Assembly: GCA_964642925.1 (NCBI GenBank)
Contig: CAZXPJ010000006.1
Span: forward strand, 9,166-73,165
DNA length: 64,000 nucleotides
Direction of reading: 5' to 3'
Source of the DNA: an uncultured Eubacteriales bacterium
GTDB lineage: Bacteria > Bacillota > Peptococcia > Peptococcales > SKKY01
The notes below the pieces were generated by a model, which searched no databases, was not told the DNA's origin, and saw nothing but the letters and a program-made list of their open reading frames with translations. Position 1 is the first letter of the stretch, and each line of letters begins with the position of its first letter. This document shows, piece by piece, positions 18,163 to 26,344 of this stretch. A program made the translations under genes and the position numbers.

Positions 18163-19185
18163 GTGATTCCCATTTTTTTAAGTGATAATTCTTCAGGGGT
18201 ACATGATAAAGTATTACAGAAAATATCCGAAGTTAATACTGGTTATACTTTTCCTTATGGTAAGGATAAGTACACTTTAGAAGCTGAAAAACAGTTTTCT
18301 GAATTATTTGGAAAAAAAGTTTCTGTTTATTTTACTATAAATGGTACCAGTGCTAATGTTATTGGTTTAAGTTCTGCTCTATCTTCATTTGAAGCAGTTA
18401 TTTGTGGCGATACTGCTCATATTAATACAGATGAATGTGGTGCTTTTGAAAAATTTACTGGAGCTAAAATATTAACTGTAAAAAATAAAAATGGTAAGAT
18501 ATACCCTGAACAATTAAAACACTTGCTTTTAATTAAAGGAAATGAGCATCATAATCAACCAAAGATAATTAGCATTAGTCAATGTACAGAGACAGGAACT
18601 GTTTATTCCCGGGAAGAAATCAAAGCTCTAGCAGATTTTGCCCATGACAATGGGATGTTTCTCCATCTCGATGGAGCAAGGCTTGCTAATGCTTTAATAT
18701 CTACGGGATTGACAGTAAAAGAAATGTTAACAGATACTGGTACTGATATCGTTTCTTTTGGGGGGACTAAAAATGGGCTTATGATAGGTGAAGCAATAAT
18801 AATTTTGAATCCTGAAATATCTCAAAATACAAAATATATACGGAAACAAGGAATGCAACTCCTTTCTAAAATGAGATTTATTTCAGCTCAATTTCTTGCC
18901 TATCTAGAAAACGATCTTTGGCTCGAAAATGCTAGGGCAGCAAATAAAGCTGCAGAATATTTAAAAGATCAAATGAAAAATATTTCTGGTGTTAAAATTG
19001 CTGGGAATGTAGATGCAAATATTGTTTTTGCAATTTTCCCACAACATGTTATAGATGAACTTTTACCCCAAGATTATTTTTATATAAATGATCCTATGGA
19101 AGGGAAAGTTAGATTTGTAACTTCTTTTAATACCAAATTTGAAGATATTGATTTATTTATAGAAAAGCTTAAAAAAATAGTTTAA
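18163..19185 (+). CDS. ltaE: Low-specificity L-threonine aldolase (beta-eliminating lyase family, PLP)
   Basis: N-terminus LSDNSSGVH and PLP-lysine context SFGGTKNG; 340 aa. The GTG start overlaps the AAGGAG SD, so the exact start is uncertain. Confidence 0.75.
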   Translation: MIPIFLSDNSSGVHDKVLQKISEVNTGYTFPYGKDKYTLEAEKQFSELFGKKVSVYFTINGTSANVIGLSSALSSFEAVICGDTAHINTDECGAFEKFTGAKILTVKNKNGKIYPEQLKHLLLIKGNEHHNQPKIISISQCTETGTVYSREEIKALADFAHDNGMFLHLDGARLANALISTGLTVKEMLTDTGTDIVSFGGTKNGLMIGEAIIILNPEISQNTKYIRKQGMQLLSKMRFISAQFLAYLENDLWLENARAANKAAEYLKDQMKNISGVKIAGNVDANIVFAIFPQHVIDELLPQDYFYINDPMEGKVRFVTSFNTKFEDIDLFIEKLKKIV

Positions 19186-19190
19186 TATTT

Positions 19191-19240
19191 AAACCTCTGT
19201 TATTGCATTAATATGTAATTATAGGGGTTTTATTTAATTT
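19191..19240 (+). terminator. Possible terminator after ltaE
   Basis: 8-bp stem AAACCTCT / AGGGGTTT (one G-U pair) with a long AT-rich loop, followed by a T-rich tract. Confidence 0.35.
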
Positions 19241-19258
19241 ATAGAAAGTCGGGATAAT

Positions 19259-20449
19259 ATGATAAGAAAATCAATTTTAGAGAGAATATATCAAGGTGCA
19301 CATATACAAAGGTGGAATGATCACATTCGCCCAAAAGGTTTTACAGAATTAGATAAACAAGCTCAAAAAATGATAATAGCATATATTCTGGGAACTTTTG
19401 AAGAAGAGGAAAAAGAAGAAAGGATTAATTGGAGAAAGCTAATTGAAGGGGGTATATTTGAATATCTTCACAGAATAATCCTTACTGATATTAAACCTCC
19501 TATTTATCATAAACTTATGAAAGAAAGAGGAAAAGAAATTAATCATTGGGTTTATGAACAATTGGGTGATGATCTAAATAACATAAAAGGAGATTTTTTT
19601 GATAAGTTCAAAGAATATTTCGACAATCCTGACTATTCCCTTACTGAAAAAAAGATTCTTAAAGCATCACATTATCTAGCTACTAATTGGGAATTTAAAA
19701 TAATTTATCCTATGAACTCAGCTATCTATGGAATCGAAGAGACAAAAAAAACTATTGAAAAAGAATTAGAAAAACATAATGATTTATTAGGTGTACAAAA
19801 GATTAAAGGTGGTAGTAAAATAAGTGATCTTATAGATTTAATTGGTCAATTAAGATTTCAACAAAGATGGGCGCAAAGTCCGAGAGTTCCAGAAACATCA
19901 GTAATGGGACATATGCTTATTGTAGCAATAATGTCATATCTTTGTTCCTTAGAAGTAGGTGCTTGCGATAAAAGATTAACAAATAATTATTTTACTGCAC
20001 TTTTTCATGACTTACCTGAAATTTTAACAAGAGATATAATATCCCCAGTAAAAAAATCTGTTGATGGCCTTGATAATATAATAAAAGATATTGAAAGAGA
20101 ACAAATGAAAGATAAGTTTTTTCCTTTATTACCAGATTCATGGCATTCTAAATTTAAATATTATATCGAAGACGAATTTTCAAGCAAAATATTAAAAGAT
20201 GGCAAAGTTATAAAAACAACATCAAATATTATTAATGAAAATTATAATGAAAATATTTATGAAGCTATTGATGGGGAGATTATTAAAGGATGTGATCATC
20301 TTGCTGCCTTTATGGAAGCACGTATATCTATTTCTCATGGTATAACCTCAGTTTATTTAGATAAAGGCTCAGAAAGCATTAGTCGTGATTATATAAATAG
20401 AAATATAGCTGGTATTGATTTTGCTCAATTATTTGATTACTTTAAATAA
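19259..20449 (+). CDS. HD-domain phosphohydrolase with tandem YfbR-like repeats (N-terminal copy degenerate)
   Basis: The C-terminal half carries QQRW...MGHML...FHDLPEILTRDIISP (H...HD...D). The N-terminal half aligns by eye (IQRW...DKQAQ...LHRIILTDIKPP) but lacks the metal ligands. Confidence 0.65.
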   Translation: MIRKSILERIYQGAHIQRWNDHIRPKGFTELDKQAQKMIIAYILGTFEEEEKEERINWRKLIEGGIFEYLHRIILTDIKPPIYHKLMKERGKEINHWVYEQLGDDLNNIKGDFFDKFKEYFDNPDYSLTEKKILKASHYLATNWEFKIIYPMNSAIYGIEETKKTIEKELEKHNDLLGVQKIKGGSKISDLIDLIGQLRFQQRWAQSPRVPETSVMGHMLIVAIMSYLCSLEVGACDKRLTNNYFTALFHDLPEILTRDIISPVKKSVDGLDNIIKDIEREQMKDKFFPLLPDSWHSKFKYYIEDEFSSKILKDGKVIKTTSNIINENYNENIYEAIDGEIIKGCDHLAAFMEARISISHGITSVYLDKGSESISRDYINRNIAGIDFAQLFDYFK

Positions 20450-20483
20450 AAGATCCTTGAGAATTTAATTCTCAAGGATCTTT
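20449..20483. terminator. Bidirectional terminator between convergent genes
   Basis: Perfect 17-bp inverted repeat AAAGATCCTTGAGAATT / AATTCTCAAGGATCTTT. Confidence 0.85.
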
Positions 20484-20488
20484 CTAAT

Positions 20489-21679
20489 TTATTTTTTTTC
20501 TGAAGCAAAATTATCAAAATATCCTTGTATGTAGACCATTGGGGTTCCTTTATCTCCACTTCCACTTGTAAGATCACACAAACTTCCAAGTAAGTCTGTT
20601 AATTGTCGAGGAGTAGTTCCAAGAGAATCAGATTGATTGATTAAGTTTTTATCTTTGCTTCTTATTTTGTTTTTTGCAGCTTCAATAACTTCTTTACCTG
20701 ACAAATGATTTAGCTCAGTATCAACAAGATATTTTAACTTTATTTCATTTGGTGTTCCATTTAATCCTTGTGTAAAACCAGGAGAAACAACGGGATCAGC
20801 AAGTTCCCAAATTTTCCCAACAGGATCTTTAAAAGCACCATCCCCGTAAACCAAAACTTCTATTGTTTTCCCAGTCTGCTTTTTAATTTCTTTTTGTACA
20901 GCCTCAACAAATTCTTGAGAGTCACGGGGGAATAGTTTTACTTCATCTTCCCTAGACAAATTAGAACCTAAAAGGCCATATTCAGGATTGTATCCTGAAC
21001 CATTGTTAGGAGAAACCAAAACATCATCAAGACCATAAATTCTTTCTGCTCCAGCTTTTTTTAGAATATTTTTCGTTCTAAAACGATCATGTACACTTGC
21101 GATTAAAACATCTTTAGTATAATTTAAAATTGTTCTAGGATTGTTAGAGAAAATAATTTCAAGATTATCTCCACCAATTTCTTTATACAATTTCACATAA
21201 TCTATTCCGGTAAAAGGGTGGGAGACTTCTTCGCCAAAAACTTCTCTATATTTTTTTTCATCTAAAACATCAATATATGGGTCTACATTAACTTCATCCA
21301 TCCTAGCAATATCCATTAAGTGATTTCCTACTTCATCAGCTGGATAACTAAGAAGAAGATAGACCTTCCGATTAGCTGCCATAATACCTTTTAAAATTAT
21401 GGAAAATCTATTTCTACTTAATATAGGAAATATAAGGCCAAAATCTCCTGGAAATTTATTTTCTATATCTTTTTTTATATCATCAGTTGATGCATAATTG
21501 CCTTGGGCTCTAGCTAAAATTGATTCAGTTATCCCAAGAATATCATTATCTTGTATTTGAAAACCTTCACCAGCAGCAGCATTTAGTAAAGAATCAACAA
21601 CAATTGGAACTAAATTATCATCTTTTTTTATTATAGGTATGATTATTCCTCTTGTTGTGGTTCCAACAGTTCTTATCAT
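20489..21679 (-). CDS. CofE-like (F420-0:gamma-glutamyl ligase family) protein, function unknown
   Basis: 396 aa. The N-terminus RTVGTTTRGIIIPIIKKDDNL...ILGITESILARAQGN resembles the F420-ligase fold as I remember it. Not verified by search. Confidence 0.45.
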   Translation of the reverse strand: MIRTVGTTTRGIIIPIIKKDDNLVPIVVDSLLNAAAGEGFQIQDNDILGITESILARAQGNYASTDDIKKDIENKFPGDFGLIFPILSRNRFSIILKGIMAANRKVYLLLSYPADEVGNHLMDIARMDEVNVDPYIDVLDEKKYREVFGEEVSHPFTGIDYVKLYKEIGGDNLEIIFSNNPRTILNYTKDVLIASVHDRFRTKNILKKAGAERIYGLDDVLVSPNNGSGYNPEYGLLGSNLSREDEVKLFPRDSQEFVEAVQKEIKKQTGKTIEVLVYGDGAFKDPVGKIWELADPVVSPGFTQGLNGTPNEIKLKYLVDTELNHLSGKEVIEAAKNKIRSKDKNLINQSDSLGTTPRQLTDLLGSLCDLTSGSGDKGTPMVYIQGYFDNFASEKK

Positions 21680-21772
21680 TAAAATTCCCCCTAATCAGAT
21701 TAAAATATCCATCCTTAATTATAACCTAGATATAATCTCAATGTAACCTTTTTTTAACATTTTAGGTTATAA

Positions 21773-22456
21773 TTGAATAAATGGACTTGCAAAGGAGAAG
21801 AATTAAAATTGCAGAAACCATATATTATGAAAAATTTTTTTACCATTAATAATGAAAGCTATTCTGAACAAACAATACAAAAATCAAGATTTATTGGTTA
21901 TGCAAAAAATGTAGAGACAGAAAAAGAAGCTCAAGATTTTATTCAAATCATAAAAAAGAAACATTATGATGCTAGACATAATTGCTACGCTTATATCATA
22001 GGTGAATATGATGAAATTCAAAAATCTAACGACGATGGAGAGCCTGGAGGAACAGCAGGTGTTCCTATTTTAGAAGTAATAAAGAAAAGAGAATTAAAAA
22101 ACACTGTTATTGTTGTTGCAAGGTATTTTGGTGGTATAAAATTAGGTGTTGGTGGTTTAATAAGAGCTTATTCAAGTACAGCTGCTCAGACCTTAGACGC
22201 AGCTGAAATAATTCAAAGAAAATTAATACAAGATTATGAAGTTAAAATAGATTATACATTTTTAGGAAAAATTCAAAATGATATAAACGATATTGGCGCT
22301 ATGATTGATAATATCAGATATGAAGATTTTGTTATTTTATCTATTCTTGTAGATGTTGGAAAAGAAGAGTCTTTTAAAGAATGGATAATTGATTTAACAA
22401 AGAATCAAGTTGAAATTTCCGAAAAAGAAAAAAAATTTATTGATGTATTATTATAA
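21773..22456 (+). CDS. yigZ: YigZ/IMPACT family protein (UPF0029)
   Basis: KSRFIGYA, HNCYAY, DDGEPGGTAG and VVARYFGGIKLG motifs. The true start is probably TTG at 21809 (AAGGAG SD) or ATG at 21827. Confidence 0.85.
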   Translation: MNKWTCKGEELKLQKPYIMKNFFTINNESYSEQTIQKSRFIGYAKNVETEKEAQDFIQIIKKKHYDARHNCYAYIIGEYDEIQKSNDDGEPGGTAGVPILEVIKKRELKNTVIVVARYFGGIKLGVGGLIRAYSSTAAQTLDAAEIIQRKLIQDYEVKIDYTFLGKIQNDINDIGAMIDNIRYEDFVILSILVDVGKEESFKEWIIDLTKNQVEISEKEKKFIDVLL

Positions 22457-22462
22457 TAATCT

Positions 22463-23227
22463 TTAAGATTCTTTTTTATTTTTTTTCAATAAATTAGGAT
22501 AAGCTTTTTCTAAACGATTTTGAATATATGATTTTTTATCTTTAAGAAGATCATATTTTTCCAAAATTAATAATAATGACTCTTTTGGTTCTTCAAACAA
22601 ATCTGATATATTTTCTTTTGTAACTATTGCTGAAGAAATTTTTTCGTAAATATTAATGCCTATTTGGTCTGAATATTTTTCTAGTTTATAGACAATATCA
22701 TTCAAGGTGTTATAATGTCTTTTAATATTTAGAAGTTCAAATATGGTAACTACAAAATCAGCAAAAATAGATATTAAAATAAGGCTAAGAAAAATATATC
22801 CAATTAAGTTATGACTATGATTTACTATAAATAAGATAAAGGGATGAATAAAAACTACTGTAAAAACAACACCAATTCCCCATCGAAGGGAAAAAAATAA
22901 AGCTACATATCCATGAATATTAAAAGGTTCCTTAGAATAGTCCCACCACTTTTCACTAAAAAGTTTTTCAAGGAGATATCCGGTTATATATTCTAAAACA
23001 GTAGTTAAAAATGCAGATCCTAAAAACAGTAATAATAAATTATCAAAAGGTGAAAAAATAAAAATTATGAAAGACATTCCTATACCATAGATAGAACAAT
23101 AGGGACCATTTAAAAAGCCTCTATTTATAAAAGTTTTTTTCTTAATAGTTTGGAATGAAACTTCAACAACCCATCCTAAAAAGGAATATATAACAAAAAA
23201 CCAAAGATAATTAATAAATGTTTCCAT
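22463..23227 (-). CDS. Polytopic membrane protein (resembles the 'putative ABC-transporter type IV' PF06541 family)
   Basis: N-terminus FVIYSFLGWVVEVSF...NRGFLNGPYCSIYGIG with about 6 TM segments and a soluble C-terminal tail. Confidence 0.55.
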   Translation of the reverse strand: METFINYLWFFVIYSFLGWVVEVSFQTIKKKTFINRGFLNGPYCSIYGIGMSFIIFIFSPFDNLLLLFLGSAFLTTVLEYITGYLLEKLFSEKWWDYSKEPFNIHGYVALFFSLRWGIGVVFTVVFIHPFILFIVNHSHNLIGYIFLSLILISIFADFVVTIFELLNIKRHYNTLNDIVYKLEKYSDQIGINIYEKISSAIVTKENISDLFEEPKESLLLILEKYDLLKDKKSYIQNRLEKAYPNLLKKNKKES

Positions 23228-23242
23228 AAGAACCTCTTCTTT

Positions 23243-23280
23243 TAGATTAGTTAATATAATATCATATATTAACTAATCTA
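23243..23280. repeat. Perfect 15-bp inverted repeat in a divergent promoter region
   Basis: TAGATTAGTTAATAT (23243-23257) and ATATTAACTAATCTA (23266-23280), separated by 8 nt. Confidence 0.7.
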
Positions 23281-23304
23281 GAAAATTTTTAATTAATTCA
23301 GAAA

Positions 23305-23318
23305 GTTACCTTGGTAAC
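23305..23318. promoter_or_regulatory. 14-bp palindrome, candidate operator
   Basis: GTTACCTTGGTAAC (GTTAC-N4-GTAAC), about 50 nt upstream of the 4Fe-4S/rhodanese genes. Confidence 0.3.
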
Positions 23319-23369
23319 TACAATCCAGAGAAAAATTTGCTATAGTTGCTTCCAGAGGTGATTTATTAT

Positions 23370-23999
23370 ATGAAAGCAATACAAACATCTATAAGATTAA
23401 TATTTTTAGGTTTTTTTCTATTTTTAATGGTAGGAGGTAATATTCAAAATTGGTTTAAAATATTTGCATTAACTTTAATATTGGCACTTGTTTTTGGAAG
23501 ATTCTATTGTGGCTATATATGTCCAATGAATACATTAATGATATATACGGAAAAAATATCAAAAAAACTCGGAATACAAAAAGACACAATTCCAAAATTT
23601 TTAAAATGGAAGCATATGTCGGCTTTTATTTTTTTTCTTACAATTATTGTAAATATCATATTAAAGGTTGTCTTCAATAAAAACTTACCTATACTTGTTG
23701 TTTTTCTTATATTATCAGTTCTTGTTACTATAGTTTTCAAACAAGAGCTCTTCCATAATCATCTATGCCCCTTTGGTTATCTCCAAAACCTCTTTGGCAG
23801 GAAGGCAATCTATAGCCATAGAGTTGAGACTGATAAATGTATAGGATGTAAGAAATGTGAGAAAAGTTGTCCTACTTTAGCTGTAAAAGTGATGGAAAAC
23901 AAAAAGGCTATAATCAATAAAAGTTTATGTTTACAATGTTCTAATTGCAAATTTGTTTGTCCCACAGGAGCGATTACTTATTCTAAAAAAAAGGAGTAA
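23370..23999 (+). CDS. Membrane-bound 4Fe-4S protein (NapH/MauN-like)
   Basis: Membrane CxxxCP motifs FYCGYICPMN and HLCPFGY. C-terminal ferredoxin clusters CIGCKKCEKSCP and CLQCSNCKFVCP. GAGGTG SD before the ATG at 23370. Confidence 0.75.
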   Translation: MKAIQTSIRLIFLGFFLFLMVGGNIQNWFKIFALTLILALVFGRFYCGYICPMNTLMIYTEKISKKLGIQKDTIPKFLKWKHMSAFIFFLTIIVNIILKVVFNKNLPILVVFLILSVLVTIVFKQELFHNHLCPFGYLQNLFGRKAIYSHRVETDKCIGCKKCEKSCPTLAVKVMENKKAIINKSLCLQCSNCKFVCPTGAITYSKKKE

Positions 24000-24002
24000 A
24001 CC

Positions 24003-24389
24003 ATGAAACCAATTAACTCTATTATTCTTCTACTTATATTCTTAGTTGCAATATTCTTTATTTATCAGCTCATTAATACAGGACAAATTGATAAAATAAG
24101 CCCTGAAGAAGCTAAGAAAAATATGGAATTAAATCCTGAAATTATATTATTGGATGTTAGAACAGTAGAGGAGTACCGCGAAAAAAATATCCCAGGAAGT
24201 TTTTTAATTCCATTGAATTCATTAAAAAATAATGTGGAAAAAGAAATTCCAGATAAAAATACAATAATCTATGTTTATTGTCGAACTGGAAGTAGAAGTT
24301 CCACAGCAGTTGGAATCTTAAACAAAATAGGTTATACAAATGTCTTTAATTTAGGCGGAATTTATGATTGGCCTTATGAAACAAACTAA
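24003..24389 (+). CDS. Membrane-anchored rhodanese-domain sulfurtransferase
   Basis: N-terminal TM helix and active-site loop YCRTGSRSS; 128 aa. Confidence 0.85.
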   Translation: MKPINSIILLLIFLVAIFFIYQLINTGQIDKISPEEAKKNMELNPEIILLDVRTVEEYREKNIPGSFLIPLNSLKNNVEKEIPDKNTIIYVYCRTGSRSSTAVGILNKIGYTNVFNLGGIYDWPYETN

Positions 24390-24393
24390 TCTA

Positions 24394-24436
24394 AAAGAGT
24401 TATCCATATTTTAAAATAATATTTGGATAACTCTTT
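24394..24436. terminator. Bidirectional terminator between the rhodanese gene and the Crp/Fnr gene
   Basis: 13-bp perfect stem AAAGAGTTATCCA / TGGATAACTCTTT with an internally palindromic AT loop. The 3' arm overlaps the last codons of the regulator gene. Confidence 0.75.
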
Positions 24437-25064
24437 TATTTAAAATTATTAATTTATCTTTTTCCATTTTTTTAAGTTCTCTTGATAAAGAGGTTCTTTG
24501 AACTCCAAATTTTTCTGCTAAAACTTTTTTTGAAAATGATAATTCTATATCTTTTTTTTTCTGTTTTATCTCTTCATATTTTAAATAATCAATAATTTTT
24601 TCTCTTAAGCTTGTCTTGTCGTTATCCTTTACTTTCTTATTTAATATCATAGAATTAGAGGCCATTAATCTTAAAAATTCTAAAAGAAAAGTTCTGTTTT
24701 CACTAAGTAATTTAAGCAATTTTTCTTTTTCTATTTCTGCAAGTGTTACCTCTGACAAGGTAGTTATTGTCATTGGGTATCTAGGATTTTCAAGGAAAAT
24801 AATATTACCTGCTATAAGATCTCCTTTTTCAAATTCTGTTATCCTTAAGATCTCACCTTGATTATTAATATTATCAACCAAAAGGGTTCCGTCTAAAACG
24901 ATTTCAACTGATGTACAAACATCACCTTCAAGATGAACTATTTCATTTTTCTTAAATTTATTAAGTAAAATAGAACCATCTTCAAAAGATTGTGATATTA
25001 TTTTATCAGAAAGTTTTTTTAGAAGAGGAGACTCATTGAAAATATCAATTAAAAAATCATACAT
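24411..25064 (-). CDS. Crp/Fnr family transcriptional regulator
   Basis: N-terminal cNMP-binding-like beta-roll (GDLIAG) and C-terminal HTH FGVQRTSLSRELKKMEKDKLI; 217 aa. No N-terminal Cys cluster of the Fnr type is visible. Confidence 0.8.
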   Translation of the reverse strand: MYDFLIDIFNESPLLKKLSDKIISQSFEDGSILLNKFKKNEIVHLEGDVCTSVEIVLDGTLLVDNINNQGEILRITEFEKGDLIAGNIIFLENPRYPMTITTLSEVTLAEIEKEKLLKLLSENRTFLLEFLRLMASNSMILNKKVKDNDKTSLREKIIDYLKYEEIKQKKKDIELSFSKKVLAEKFGVQRTSLSRELKKMEKDKLIILNKRVIQILF

Positions 25065-25128
25065 AAAAACACCTCTTTTAATTTATATAAAATTATAACA
25101 ATTATTTATCATATTTCAAATATAAAGG

Positions 25129-25686
25129 ATGATAGTTTTGATAGAGAGATTTCGTATTGAAGATTTTGAAATAATTATAAAACGGAAAAAAATAAAAAAT
25201 ATTTATTTGAAAGTATACCCTCCAAATGGTGATGTTATTATTACCGCACCATTAAAAACAAAAAATGAAGATATCGTAAAATTTATTTCCAACAAAAAAT
25301 ATTGGATAAAGGATAAACGAAGCAAGATGATTAATAAAAAAATAAATTATTTAGATTGGACTAAAGAGGAAATAATACAAGGTAAAAATTATCTTAAAGA
25401 AAAAATACCATTTTATATACAAAAGTGGGAACCAATTTTAAATGTTAAAGTTAATTCCTGGTATTCTAGATTAATGAAAACAAGATGGGGTAGTTGTAAT
25501 ATTAATACTAAAAGAATATGTATTAATTTAAGTCTTAGTAAAAAAAATGAAGATATCCTTGAATATGTAATAGTTCACGAAATGATTCATTTAAAAGAAA
25601 GGTTACATAATAAAGAGTTTTATACTCATATGGAGAAAAATATTCCTAATTGGAAAGAATATAAAAAAATACTATCAGAAAGTTAA
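25129..25686 (+). CDS. YgjP-like (DUF45/M48-related) zinc metallopeptidase
   Basis: RWGSC motif and HExxH in VIVHEMIHLKERLHNKEF; 185 aa. Confidence 0.75.
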   Translation: MIVLIERFRIEDFEIIIKRKKIKNIYLKVYPPNGDVIITAPLKTKNEDIVKFISNKKYWIKDKRSKMINKKINYLDWTKEEIIQGKNYLKEKIPFYIQKWEPILNVKVNSWYSRLMKTRWGSCNINTKRICINLSLSKKNEDILEYVIVHEMIHLKERLHNKEFYTHMEKNIPNWKEYKKILSES

Positions 25687-25695
25687 GGTGATTAT

Positions 25696-26292
25696 ATGAA
25701 AAACCAAGATTCTAATATATTCTTAGAGATAGGAATGTATAACTATAATGAAGCTTTTTATTTTACATATAAAGAGGAAAGCAATGAATACGATCCAGTG
25801 TTTCTTCAAGTTTTATTATTAACAAATTATATTTTTAAAGTATATCAAGAAACTGATAACTCAGAACATTCCCAAGCTTTTGAACTCTTTTTAAAAAATA
25901 TTAAAATTGAAGATCTTGAAATTTTAGTAAATGAAAAAAATGATTCCTCTACTTTCAATCATGAAGAATCGTCACCAGAAGATATTCATTTCTTCCTAGA
26001 CTTAATTTATTCAGAAGATAAATATAACTTTTCTTTTGAAACTCAAGGAAATTGGCCTGAAAAAGAATTATACAAATTAGATCTAGTAAATAGTGTAATT
26101 GAATTGATTACATTTTTAGGAAAGAAGAATAAAGATCATAGAAATTTTTCAAATTTTATTATAGAAACACTAAATACATCTGGAGAATATTTTAGAAATA
26201 ATAATTTATCAAAAGAAGATGTTACAGAAGCAACATTAATGATAACCATTCTAGCTTATGACAATTATTTAAATAATATTACATTCATGTAA
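25696..26292 (+). CDS. Hypothetical acidic protein, no recognisable domain
   Basis: 198-aa ORF starting 10 nt after the DUF45 gene, with an AAGGTGA SD. I recognise no motif. Confidence 0.5.
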   Translation: MKNQDSNIFLEIGMYNYNEAFYFTYKEESNEYDPVFLQVLLLTNYIFKVYQETDNSEHSQAFELFLKNIKIEDLEILVNEKNDSSTFNHEESSPEDIHFFLDLIYSEDKYNFSFETQGNWPEKELYKLDLVNSVIELITFLGKKNKDHRNFSNFIIETLNTSGEYFRNNNLSKEDVTEATLMITILAYDNYLNNITFM

Positions 26293-26344
26293 TATAGGGT
26301 ATAAGTAATGTATGAAATAATTTAAAACGGAGGAGATATATAAT

